Shown here: one piece after another, positions 10,377-19,785 of the stretch
How positions within the stretch are numbered: position 1 is the first letter of the stretch
Layout: the number at the start of each line of letters is the position of its first letter
IMG/VR virus record: IMGVR_UViG_3300027770_000025
Location: 284,583-348,582 of that record
Direction: 5' to 3' (one strand)
Length of the DNA stretch: 64,000 nt
Position numbers and translations under genes: made by a program
The notes under the pieces: generated by a model
Seen by the model: only the letters and a program-made list of their open reading frames with translations
Database searches by the model: none
Told to the model about the DNA's origin: nothing

Positions 10377-10937
10377 TTAATTAAAAAGTATATCCTCAAA
10401 CATTGAACTAATATTGCTCACTGATTGATCGTCAAATTTATTTGTAATTGTCCATATTTTATGAAGTCCAGCTTCCTGAAACATAGATATTACTTTCTCA
10501 TAAGTGTCTCTTTCTCTTGTATCTCCATCAATGTGATCCCACTGATCTTTGCTTCTATCGGACTTATCCGGATTTTCACCATTTATATAGATTATAGTTA
10601 TCTCGTCAAGAAGTGAGTATTTCTTAACTATCCCTATTTGATCCCTAGCTTCGTCTTCTGTTATTCTACCCTCAAGCAATCCCCACACTAAGACAGTTAA
10701 TATTCCTCTATCATGTATGAATGATTCCCCGGGGATGTCCTTTGCTAACTGCATAAGCATAAACTCTTTACCTAATGAAAATGCATGTGCTTCTTTGCTA
10801 TCCTCACTTTTTAGATTTAAGTCGGCAAAGAAATTGGCAAACTTAAACTGAAATCTTGGGATGCTAAAAGATTCTGAGATATATTCAGATAAAAATGTCT
10901 TGCCTGAATTTCTTGGGCCTTCGAATACGTATACCAT
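10377..10937 (-). CDS. dNMP/thymidylate kinase-like P-loop kinase
   Basis: FEGPRNSGKT Walker A and FIHDR motif; start re-placed at ATG 10937, downstream of the promoter and hairpin. Confidence 0.75.
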   Translation of the reverse strand: MVYVFEGPRNSGKTFLSEYISESFSIPRFQFKFANFFADLNLKSEDSKEAHAFSLGKEFMLMQLAKDIPGESFIHDRGILTVLVWGLLEGRITEDEARDQIGIVKKYSLLDEITIIYINGENPDKSDRSKDQWDHIDGDTRERDTYEKVISMFQEAGLHKIWTITNKFDDQSVSNISSMFEDILFN

Positions 10938-10979
10938 ATATTTCTTTTTATGGTGGAACATCGCACATGTTCCACCTAG

Positions 10980-11000
10980 CAAATATAATAAATTAGTACG
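10980..11000 (-). promoter_or_regulatory. Putative early promoter CG-N11-TATATTTG (Bacteroidota -7 box)
   Basis: TAnnTTTG is the established Bacteroidota sigmaA -7 element; CG at fixed spacing at 5 sites. Confidence 0.65.
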
Positions 11001-11011
11001 GGGAAAGCACG

Positions 11012-11044
11012 AAAAACCCCGATCTTTATTAAAATCGGGGTTTT
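11012..11044 (-). terminator. Intrinsic terminator
   Basis: AAAAACCCCGAT...ATCGGGGTTTT. Confidence 0.8.
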
Positions 11045-11046
11045 AT

Positions 11047-13524
11047 TTATTTTGCGTCAATGTTGACGCATTTAAAAGGTGATTGCTGGGGTATCTCATC
11101 GAATGAAGTTGAATTCATTCTTTTAACGTGTGTTGCTATGCTAGGATAAATGTCAGCAGCTATATAATAGCAGTTATTACCTAGGATGTTTTTTATTCCA
11201 CTATCAGACCCTTTCATGTTACTCAATGTACCAATTCCCTCAAGTGCAGATGACACCTGTCTTTTTGAAGTTGTTTTCCTTTTCTTAATATCATCATACT
11301 CACCTACAATGATTTTAGATCCTTCATAAGTTAATAAAGGTCCGCTGTCCGAGTCATCTTCAGTTAGACCAAATATACTATCCTTAGATATTCTTTTAGC
11401 TGTAGAAGATCCTAAAACATTATCATTAATCCATTTTATACAGCTTACAAATTTGCTTCCATCGAAGGTAACACAGTTAGCTATCATTACGAGGAAGTTG
11501 TTGATAGCAACAAATTCTTCCTTACCTAAATCTGGGCTTCTGTCACTTTTTTGTAAAGCAATATTGAAAGCTCTAGATATATCGCTCTTAAGATTATCAT
11601 AATCAATAAAAGGAATTTCTTTATTCTTGATAGACGATTCCATCATTTCAAAAGGTCCGGAAAGATCTAGATCATCATTATCTGAATTTTTATTAATTAA
11701 TTGTTTTATACCATCATATCTAAACTGGGGTCTAATCATACCAAATGTTGTCCAGCCTTTAAGATAATTTCTAAGAAATTCCGTTGCGTCTTCGTTACCT
11801 AGTGTTTTAATCTGTCTAGTCTCTGCCCATTTATTCCAGTTGCATGGGGTTTTTAATGACGATGACCCTAGGTTGATATTATAAACTGCACCTTTAGCAA
11901 AAAAGTATGAAAATTCTTCCGCTGGTTTAGCTTTATCTAAAGCTAAATTCCAATCTTTTATAAATTCTGTGCTGTAGGATGATTTAAGAGATCCGTCCTG
12001 CTTAACAAAATCCTCAGACTCCACTTTTATATTATACTCAGATCTAAGCTTTTTAGCTAATCCCCGTACTCCTGACGCTGATTTTGCATCAGATGATCCA
12101 GATGATTTTTCTGGAGATGCTATTGCTCCTTGAGCTTTGTATTGAACAGCTAGCTCCTTTTCGAAGTCAGAATTGTTGATAATAATTTTACCCTCATTAA
12201 CACTAGAGAATAATTCAGAAATACTTTTAACATATCCTGAATTAGATGTGCTCTCATGCATTTTTGTTCCTATCATGTGCAAAGCTGCATTAATGGCTTT
12301 CCTATTCTTAGCTGAAACCCAATCAGAAGCAATTATATCAGTTAACAATGCTTGGTCTATCTGACCACTTGCATTTTTATTACCTGATAATTTTTGGATA
12401 GTTGAGATAACAGAAGTTGTAGCTGGGCCATATTTTCCATTAGGACCTCCTTTAGATTTTATCAGCTTACCTGCAGAAGTTATACCGTCACAAAGTGCAG
12501 TTTGAATAGCAAAGATTAATCCGCTTCCTTTTATCTTCTTATCAGAATCTGAATCCCCTCTTTTTAAAGGAAAAATAGCTTTAGCAGTTTCTACTTCTTT
12601 AACCTCATTTTCATCCTTGATAACCCTAACCGCTATTCCATACTGTGTCTTTGCTCTAGTCATAAGATCTAGTGCTTGACTAACTAAATTAGTAACATCA
12701 GAATATGTTGTATAAACTTCTTCATCATCCTCTAATTTTTGTAAAGACCTATTTGCTGTTTGGATCATAGTGTTGTTAAATTCTTCTTGAAATTTATCAA
12801 CTTGCTTTTCTAATTCTTCAAGCATTTTTCTATCCTTGTCGCCACCATCTGTATTATCTAAAGTCTTTCTCTTCTCGTCAAGATCTAAAAATGTTCTTTT
12901 CCAATCCCTTCCGTATCCTGATTTTTGATCTTTACCCTCAGAAGAACTTATTAAATTAGTAAGTAATTTTTTTAGATTATCAACTCTTCTTTTATACCCA
13001 GTGAAAATAGATTCATTTAGTATATCATCAAATTCAAATCCTTCGCTGTCATTTAGCTTTTCAGCTTCTTCTTCTGCTTGTTTAGCTATATTGTCTATCG
13101 AATTCTGAAGTTTAGTTGTAGCCATCTTAAACTGCTTAAATATAACATCATCTTTAGATTTAGAAATTTCCGAAGTCCTATCAAGTGCTTCAGCAAATTT
13201 ATATAAGCTCTCTAGATACAGTCTTTTAGCTTCAGCATATTTAGAATTTGCTAGATCATTATCGTCTGCGTAGTCGATCAATTTAGCGGTTAAAGATTTT
13301 ACAGTTTTAGAACTTGCAACATCAGAAAGCTTAAGTCTAATAACATCGGGATTTCTATCTCTCTTAGGAGCTAGGTCAAAGGTTAATATCTTGAAAGCAT
13401 TCAAAGCATTATCGCAAACCTTAACAAGCAAAGAATCTACTTGTTCATTTTCTAATAGCTTACTATAATACCCTTCTAATAGCTGTTTAGCTACCTGATT
13501 GTGAATATATGGATTATTGTTCAT
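11047..13524 (-). CDS. Large coiled-coil virion protein with central peptidoglycan-binding (PG_binding_1-like) domain
   Basis: FPLKRGDS...AIQTAL...NGKYGPATTSVISTIQK...GQIDQALL matches the PGBD pattern; several L/V-N-E sites. Confidence 0.6.
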   Translation of the reverse strand: MNNNPYIHNQVAKQLLEGYYSKLLENEQVDSLLVKVCDNALNAFKILTFDLAPKRDRNPDVIRLKLSDVASSKTVKSLTAKLIDYADDNDLANSKYAEAKRLYLESLYKFAEALDRTSEISKSKDDVIFKQFKMATTKLQNSIDNIAKQAEEEAEKLNDSEGFEFDDILNESIFTGYKRRVDNLKKLLTNLISSSEGKDQKSGYGRDWKRTFLDLDEKRKTLDNTDGGDKDRKMLEELEKQVDKFQEEFNNTMIQTANRSLQKLEDDEEVYTTYSDVTNLVSQALDLMTRAKTQYGIAVRVIKDENEVKEVETAKAIFPLKRGDSDSDKKIKGSGLIFAIQTALCDGITSAGKLIKSKGGPNGKYGPATTSVISTIQKLSGNKNASGQIDQALLTDIIASDWVSAKNRKAINAALHMIGTKMHESTSNSGYVKSISELFSSVNEGKIIINNSDFEKELAVQYKAQGAIASPEKSSGSSDAKSASGVRGLAKKLRSEYNIKVESEDFVKQDGSLKSSYSTEFIKDWNLALDKAKPAEEFSYFFAKGAVYNINLGSSSLKTPCNWNKWAETRQIKTLGNEDATEFLRNYLKGWTTFGMIRPQFRYDGIKQLINKNSDNDDLDLSGPFEMMESSIKNKEIPFIDYDNLKSDISRAFNIALQKSDRSPDLGKEEFVAINNFLVMIANCVTFDGSKFVSCIKWINDNVLGSSTAKRISKDSIFGLTEDDSDSGPLLTYEGSKIIVGEYDDIKKRKTTSKRQVSSALEGIGTLSNMKGSDSGIKNILGNNCYYIAADIYPSIATHVKRMNSTSFDEIPQQSPFKCVNIDAK

Positions 13525-13538
13525 AATTTATTAATCTT

Positions 13539-13811
13539 TTAGTATATATTTTCTTTAGGCCCAGCAGCATCCTTACCCGTATTGTTCTTTTGTATTTCAG
13601 CTGAAAGCGTTTTCATCAAAACCGATATTTCCTGATATATTCCAGCCTGTTGGTTTATACTTGCTATCTCTGAAGCAGTATCTCCAGGTTTTTTAGAATT
13701 CTTAGCATTTTTAATTGCATCAAATTTTTGGGAAAGAGTTGTTTTTATTCCCTGTATTTTGGTCTCCCCGCTGTCTTCCTCGTTAATAACGAATTCTCTA
13801 TATTTAAGCAT
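13539..13811 (-). CDS. Small putative internal head protein (MLKYREFVINE)
   Basis: Close match to T4 CTS MKTYQEFIAE; start re-placed at 13811. Confidence 0.6.
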   Translation of the reverse strand: MLKYREFVINEEDSGETKIQGIKTTLSQKFDAIKNAKNSKKPGDTASEIASINQQAGIYQEISVLMKTLSAEIQKNNTGKDAAGPKENIY

Positions 13812-14739
13812 ACTTTCTAGCAATTGTTATTTTAGATCTTAGATCTCTTATCTCATCCATATACTTCTCTCTAATCTCCTTTATTCTTTTAGAAGCTAGT
13901 TCTCTTGCTCGATCCGGACTGGCTGAATTTTCAACTTCTTTATTTAGGATGTCCCTTTCCATATCCATAGCAACATATCTGTCGTTCCTCTCTTTTAAAA
14001 GGAAAGAAACAAGTTTTTTTCCTTGAGCTGGAACGTATTCTTTTATAGCATTTGTAAATTCGACTAAAGGAAGTTTAGCTACGAATTCAAACGAGGCATC
14101 GCTTTCATTCCCTGATTTAGTATAATTATCTGGACCTGATGTTGATTTAGTTGATCCTGATTTATCCTTAAATCTCTCCCCTGCTTCAATGTCTTTAGTC
14201 ATCAGGTTTCCGTACTTATTTCTGAAGTCAATATCTTTCTGCTTAGCTTTTAATAATGCTGCTTTATATTTAGAGTATAATGATCCAGAAAGCGAAGAAT
14301 CTGCTAGGTTTTTAGCTCTCTTATACATCTCCTCAGCTATATCAGCATCAACTTTTGTTTTAAGCTTTTCCCAATATATTCTAACTCTTTTATTATCGCT
14401 TATGACATCTCTAACCTTAGTGAATATGCTTTCCGTCTTCTTCTCGTGAGATCTAGACTGAGCATCCATTAACTCATTATTTCTTTGAATCAAACGATCG
14501 ATTCTTTTTATCTCTGCAGGATCGCTTTTGGTTTGGGATCTTTCTAGATCTAACTTATCGATCTCAACATTAATATCTTCCCATTTTTCAACATATTCAA
14601 GCTCTGCTGATCTGTACTCATTAGCTAATTTATCTAGTGATTCTATACTGCCACCAAAAGTTCCACTTAGCCAGTTTTTTATAGTGTCGAATATGCCAGC
14701 TTCATTTAAGCTGTCCCATTCTTTAAATTTTAAAGTCAT
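13804..14739 (-). CDS. Coiled-coil putative internal head protein, paralog A
   Basis: MTLKFKEWDSLNEA; aligns by eye with 14742..15890. Confidence 0.6.
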   Translation of the reverse strand: MTLKFKEWDSLNEAGIFDTIKNWLSGTFGGSIESLDKLANEYRSAELEYVEKWEDINVEIDKLDLERSQTKSDPAEIKRIDRLIQRNNELMDAQSRSHEKKTESIFTKVRDVISDNKRVRIYWEKLKTKVDADIAEEMYKRAKNLADSSLSGSLYSKYKAALLKAKQKDIDFRNKYGNLMTKDIEAGERFKDKSGSTKSTSGPDNYTKSGNESDASFEFVAKLPLVEFTNAIKEYVPAQGKKLVSFLLKERNDRYVAMDMERDILNKEVENSASPDRARELASKRIKEIREKYMDEIRDLRSKITIARKYA

Positions 14740-14741
14740 AC

Positions 14742-15890
14742 CTAGTTGTTTAGTTTATCTTTTGCAGTTCTTAATTTACTGGCGTCAATATTACCTGAAG
14801 GAGTAACGAATACATCAGAAATTATTTTCTTAGTTCCTGAGTTTGCATCTTCACCATCAGCTATTCCTTGATTTATCATATTAGTTAACTTTGTGAACTC
14901 TTGCTCCTTGCTTAATGTCTTATCTATATCAGATTCAGTTTTGCCTAGATTCCTGAATAATTTTAATAGATTTTTCTTAGAATCCAAAGCTGAGCTAAGT
15001 TCAAGTAATTCAATCTTAGATTTTTCTATGTAAGATTTGCTAACCTTATCTGGATTAGCACCTATTCTTTTCTCCAATACTGTTAACTTTCTCTCGATAT
15101 TTGCTCTTAAATCAGCAATATCTTTTTCAAGTTCCTTTTTTCTCTCGATGATATCTTTTCCTCTTCTCCCCGCAACCTTTTTCTTTTCCTTTTCCGAATC
15201 TAAGGAAAGGTCCTCCGTATCGGGTCCATTATCCTTCTTTTCTTCTTCCGATTTTTTATCCATTTGATCTTTCAGATTCTGAGCTTTCTCTTCTGCTTCT
15301 TTCTTTTTAGCATTAATCTTATCCTGAAACTTCTTGATGTCTACGTCGTCAGCTTTATCCCTAGCCAATTTATATTCAAGTTCAGCTAATGCAATTTCAT
15401 CGTCTGCTCTTCCTGCCTCGTAATACTCTCTTCTTCTAGTGTTATTATCAATAACCTTAGAGACGAAATCTTTTGCTTTTTTTATCTTAAGTGAATGCGA
15501 CTTAATGAAAGTTTCAAACTCTTTCGTTTTAACGTCTCTTTCTCTTTCAACAGAGCTTATTTTTCCCTTGTCGTTTATTGAACTTAAACCATCTATTTCA
15601 GATTCCAGTTTTTCGATATTTTCTTCGAAATTTGCTCTTTTCTCGATAGCATCAATTTCTAAATCTACAAGAAGCTTTCTTGCCTTATCGATCATTCCTA
15701 CCCTAGATAAAGAGCCTAAGAAAAACTTAGAAAGTGAATTTTTAAGGTAGTCACCAAAGATGCCTTCGTTTACTGTGTGATTGGGTTCTGATCTCTCTAG
15801 GGAAGCAAACTCCTCACTAAGTTCACGGTCTACAGTTTCTATCAGAGACTCGTATTTTTTAAAATCATTAAAAGATGGTAGATTCTTCAT
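14742..15890 (-). CDS. Coiled-coil putative internal head protein, paralog B
   Basis: MKNLPSFNDFKKYESLIE; late motif at 15917-15924. Confidence 0.6.
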   Translation of the reverse strand: MKNLPSFNDFKKYESLIETVDRELSEEFASLERSEPNHTVNEGIFGDYLKNSLSKFFLGSLSRVGMIDKARKLLVDLEIDAIEKRANFEENIEKLESEIDGLSSINDKGKISSVERERDVKTKEFETFIKSHSLKIKKAKDFVSKVIDNNTRRREYYEAGRADDEIALAELEYKLARDKADDVDIKKFQDKINAKKKEAEEKAQNLKDQMDKKSEEEKKDNGPDTEDLSLDSEKEKKKVAGRRGKDIIERKKELEKDIADLRANIERKLTVLEKRIGANPDKVSKSYIEKSKIELLELSSALDSKKNLLKLFRNLGKTESDIDKTLSKEQEFTKLTNMINQGIADGEDANSGTKKIISDVFVTPSGNIDASKLRTAKDKLNN

Positions 15891-15957
15891 TACAAAACAA
15901 TACTTTTTTTATATTGTATATATCCAATTGGAATTTTTATTCTTAACCAGGAAGCAC

Positions 15958-15988
15958 AAAAAAACCCTAGGATAAATCCTAGGGTTTT
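15958..15988 (-). terminator. Intrinsic terminator after major capsid gene
   Basis: AAAACCCTAGGAT-AA-ATCCTAGGGTTTT. Confidence 0.85.
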
Positions 15989-16006
15989 AATTATGCGTGA
16001 GTTAGA

Positions 16007-17737
16007 TTATGCTAAACCACCAGCAGGTACGTTAACAAAGAATGTTAAGTACATAGTTTCTGGTAAGAAACCAGCTTCTACTAATGCGTATCTAGATTTA
16101 ACTGCGATCTTAGGTGACATTGTTCCTTCAGAGATAGTCTGAATAGACTCTGCCATCATGTAAGGCATAAATTTGATACCTGGTTCATCGTCTCCACCTT
16201 TTCTTCCAACTAATACTCTTGTATCACCGTAGCTCATGTTTTGATCAACATATACAGTCATACCAGCAAGCGAACCTACAGGGTATAAAGTACCATTGTT
16301 TTGAGTTAAAGTGTTAGAGAATGGTGCGAAAGTGAATTGAGAGATATCTTGAAGTGCACTTGCAACTGCAGCGTTTGTAACGATGAAGTTAGCAGGACCT
16401 CTTCTACCTCTGTTAGCTACCACGTTACCAGCTGCAAGAATTCTTGAGAATAATCTTCTTTGTAAAGTTGATAAGTTCTCATATCCTCCTGATGAAGGAC
16501 CTGCAGGGATTACCATTGTAGATGTAGTGTCGTCTTTCTTAACATAAGCAGATGTAGTTGAAACACTACCGTTAATAATTAAGTTTAAGTTAAGGTTTTG
16601 GCTTTCTACGTTTAAGAATTGTACGTGGTTAGACCATCCTAAAGCAAATGCTCTTGAAAGGATGTGTTTGTTGATTGCTTGAGAAACCTCATTAACCAAT
16701 GCGTTCTCGATCATTGAAATAACATCGATACCGAATTGTTTGTTAAGATCCTGAATTTGCTCAGTTGTAACTGAAGCAGCAACTTGGAAAGTTTCAGCTT
16801 CTACGAACTTAGTGAAAGTCGAAAGACCCATTGAGTTGTAGTAAGTAGATTCTCCAACACCTCTTAACATTGGGTTGTAAGTTTTAGTACCATCAACGTA
16901 AGGACCTTGGTAAGCTTGGTCGTTGTTGAAACCAGCACCAGAATAACCTTGGATGTGATCTTCTAAAGCTTTAACTAATTGTGCAGTTCCAGCTGAGTTT
17001 TGAGTGTAGAATCCTGATCCACCAGCTCCAGTAACTACTTGATAAGGAGTACCGTTGAAATAAGTAGCAACGGGAGTACCTGATGCAATACCTGTGATTT
17101 GGAAGATAGGGAAACCATCAATTCTTGATAGACCTACGAAAGTTAAAAGTAAAGTGGTGTTTATAGAAGCTGTAGCACCTACTGTGAAAGTTGTAGCATT
17201 AGCACCAGTAGCACCAGTAGCACCAGGGATACCTGAAGCAATTTGGTAAACTGGGAATTTAATCATTGAAGGAGCAGTAGCTAACTGATCAGCAGCTGAA
17301 CTAGCAGCAGCAGCACCTACTTTACCACCTGCGTATACGTAGTCTAAGTAAGACAGAATACCAGTTGGACCTGACATAGGGATAACAGGAACGATATCAA
17401 AACCTACAGTCTTCGCAGCTACCTGAATAGCTAATGGAAGTAATGAAGGGAATTTATCGCCTGAACCTTGCCAAGTGTTGTTATAAAAACCAGCGTTTGC
17501 GCCAGTTGTTAAAGCAGCAGCACCACCAAATGATGCTCCTGGGAATGCTGGAGGAGCAACAGTACCCATACCGTTTACTACGCCTAGTGAGTTGTATGCA
17601 CCAGCAGATTCATTTAATGAATGGTAATGACAATATTTAGTCAACCACCCTTTTTTGTTCTCGTCTGTGATACCAGCCTTGCTCTCAATAAGAGGTGACC
17701 AGGTTTCATAGATTTCTTGTTCGTTTATCAATTTCAT
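16007..17737 (-). CDS. gp23: Major capsid protein (T4 gp23-like)
   Basis: DIVPVIPMSGPTG, TTEQIQDL, NEVSQAINKHIL, GRRGPANFIV, PYM...PKIAVKSRYAL; true start MKLINEQ at 17737; follows the protease gene. Confidence 0.92.
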   Translation of the reverse strand: MKLINEQEIYETWSPLIESKAGITDENKKGWLTKYCHYHSLNESAGAYNSLGVVNGMGTVAPPAFPGASFGGAAALTTGANAGFYNNTWQGSGDKFPSLLPLAIQVAAKTVGFDIVPVIPMSGPTGILSYLDYVYAGGKVGAAAASSAADQLATAPSMIKFPVYQIASGIPGATGATGANATTFTVGATASINTTLLLTFVGLSRIDGFPIFQITGIASGTPVATYFNGTPYQVVTGAGGSGFYTQNSAGTAQLVKALEDHIQGYSGAGFNNDQAYQGPYVDGTKTYNPMLRGVGESTYYNSMGLSTFTKFVEAETFQVAASVTTEQIQDLNKQFGIDVISMIENALVNEVSQAINKHILSRAFALGWSNHVQFLNVESQNLNLNLIINGSVSTTSAYVKKDDTTSTMVIPAGPSSGGYENLSTLQRRLFSRILAAGNVVANRGRRGPANFIVTNAAVASALQDISQFTFAPFSNTLTQNNGTLYPVGSLAGMTVYVDQNMSYGDTRVLVGRKGGDDEPGIKFMPYMMAESIQTISEGTMSPKIAVKSRYALVEAGFLPETMYLTFFVNVPAGGLA

Positions 17738-17762
17738 GATTTTAGTTGTTTTTTTTTGTTTT

Positions 17763-19727
17763 TTATCTTTTTGGAAATTTTTGCTCAAGTGCAGAAGCAA
17801 TATAATTCATATAATCTGAAGAATATCCTTGTGGTTTTGCAGTCTCGGCTACATTTTCACTCTCGTCAAGTTTTTGTACTCCAACTGTTTTAGCTCCAAG
17901 CTGACGTGTTGACCAGAAATTTTTGATCTGATAAGGTGTATCTAAATTATAGAAGTTTGACTGAGCAACAATTGATTGCTGATGTCCTTCAGATAAAGAT
18001 TCCCATACCGGAGCATATTCTGCTGGCATTTGGTCAATAAACTTAAGACCTGTTTTAGAGGTGTCTTCTGACTCGTTAAGAGTTGTTTCGTTAGCCTTTT
18101 GTGTTTCGGCTGATGTTCTTACTGCTTTAGCAGCTTCGTTGATATTTGAAGCGGTTTTTTGTGTCTTAACCGATTCTATTAATGAATCAATCTGTGAAGT
18201 TAGGTTCTCGTAGTTTCCAGCAAAGCCAGATTCGTTAAGACCTGCTTCTGCAGATAGATTTACATTTTCTATTAATGATTGCGTAGATCCTATAGGCAAT
18301 TTGTTAGCAACTGATTCTGCAATATACTCACTGTAAGCAATACCTTTGTTTAATTTCTCCGCAATGTATTCTGAATAATCTAATCCTTTATTAACATTCT
18401 CTGCTAAATAATCAGAATACTCAATGTTTTTGTTTAGATTCTCTGCAATGTATTCAGTGTATTCGATTCCGTTGTTTAATTTTTCTGCAACGTACTCAGT
18501 GTAAGCAATACCTTTATCTAAGCTTTCGCCAAGATATTCTGAATAAGCAATACCTTTATCTACGTTTTCTGCTAGATACTCAGAATATTGAACGCTTTGA
18601 TCTAATTTTTCTGCTAGGTATTTAGAATACTCGATGTTCTTATCTACGCTCTCAGCTACATACTCTGAATAAGAAATAGATTTGTCAACATTCTCAGCTA
18701 GATATTTAGCATAAGAAATATTTTTGTCTAGATTTTCAGCTAAATATTTACTGTAGCTAATATTGCTATCTAAGTTTTCTGCAAGATATTCGCCATACTT
18801 AATAGAATCTTCTAAATTCTCAGCTAAATATTCTGCATATTTTTCAAGCTTAGCAACTCTTTCCTCAAGAGCATCATTAGCTTTACTTAAATCTTCGGAT
18901 TCGCTTAGCGATGTTTTTTGGGTTTTAGCCTCTGCGATAGCTGCTTTCATCGAATCCATTTCTTTTTTCAAGAATACTGAATACTGATTAAGCTCCTCCG
19001 CAGTAACAAATTCATTGTTCTCCATAAGGACTGATTTATTTTTATTGTCTGATTTATTCACGATTTTGTTGAATTCTTCGTTATTTTCAACTTTATATAT
19101 CTTCAGTGAAGATTCTTTTTCGATACCTAAAGATTCATTTAAGCATTCTAATGAATTTAATATGCTATTATTTTTCATTGCTTGAAAATATTGAGATGTA
19201 AACCCTTCACTCTCATATACTCTTTCAAGCTGAGCATCCTTAAATCCAGGATCTGCTACTAGATCATAGGTAAAAATTTTCTTAATCGCCACCTTCTTAT
19301 CGTTGCCAACGGATCCAGCTGCTCTTGAAGAAATAGAAAGAGGAACACCAGCATCTACTAGATTCTTAGCTATTCTACCCGCTGGGGTATCAAGAAGCTT
19401 AACCTTAATTTTAAGATCCCTATTGCTTTTGTCGTAGTTAAGATCTGTCACCATATGTGAGATATTCTTAAGTGATACGTCAAATTTCTCCGGGTGATCT
19501 AATTCTCCAACTAGTCTATTCTGAGATATCTTATCTTTTAAATAATCTAGGTGAGGTAGATATTCGCTCTCTTCGTAAATTCTATTGTTGTTGTTCTCTT
19601 TACCGAAAACAGCAGCAATACCTTCCAGAACGTAATCATCTTTATCAGACTTTTTAGCTTCTAGAACGGAATTCTGTCTTTCGAGGATGAATACCATGTT
19701 TTCGTTTATTGATTGCAGTTGTGGCAT
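17763..19727 (-). CDS. gp21: Prohead protease (gp21-like) fused to scaffold/core domain
   Basis: NNNNRIY, GELDHP, SISSRAAG, TYDLVADPGF catalytic motifs; long C-terminal 14-aa repeat coiled coil; late motif at 19755-19762. Confidence 0.9.
   Translation of the reverse strand: MPQLQSINENMVFILERQNSVLEAKKSDKDDYVLEGIAAVFGKENNNNRIYEESEYLPHLDYLKDKISQNRLVGELDHPEKFDVSLKNISHMVTDLNYDKSNRDLKIKVKLLDTPAGRIAKNLVDAGVPLSISSRAAGSVGNDKKVAIKKIFTYDLVADPGFKDAQLERVYESEGFTSQYFQAMKNNSILNSLECLNESLGIEKESSLKIYKVENNEEFNKIVNKSDNKNKSVLMENNEFVTAEELNQYSVFLKKEMDSMKAAIAEAKTQKTSLSESEDLSKANDALEERVAKLEKYAEYLAENLEDSIKYGEYLAENLDSNISYSKYLAENLDKNISYAKYLAENVDKSISYSEYVAESVDKNIEYSKYLAEKLDQSVQYSEYLAENVDKGIAYSEYLGESLDKGIAYTEYVAEKLNNGIEYTEYIAENLNKNIEYSDYLAENVNKGLDYSEYIAEKLNKGIAYSEYIAESVANKLPIGSTQSLIENVNLSAEAGLNESGFAGNYENLTSQIDSLIESVKTQKTASNINEAAKAVRTSAETQKANETTLNESEDTSKTGLKFIDQMPAEYAPVWESLSEGHQQSIVAQSNFYNLDTPYQIKNFWSTRQLGAKTVGVQKLDESENVAETAKPQGYSSDYMNYIASALEQKFPKR
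18294..18839 (-). repeat. 13 tandem 42-bp (14-aa) repeats Y-x-x-Y-[LIV]-A-E-x-[LV]-x-K-x-I-x
   Basis: Directly visible in translation (YAEYLAENLEDSIK ... YSEYIAESVANK). Confidence 0.9.
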
Positions 19728-19785
19728 GTTTTTATACTACTTTTTTATGTTTATTATATATCGACAGAAAAAATTATTTTTTTGC

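Noticed and set aside
17738-17800. N-terminal extension MLLHLSKNF... of the capsid protein
   Set aside because: Overlaps the protease 3' end; MKLINEQ at 17737 follows an AT-rich leader and is the plausible start
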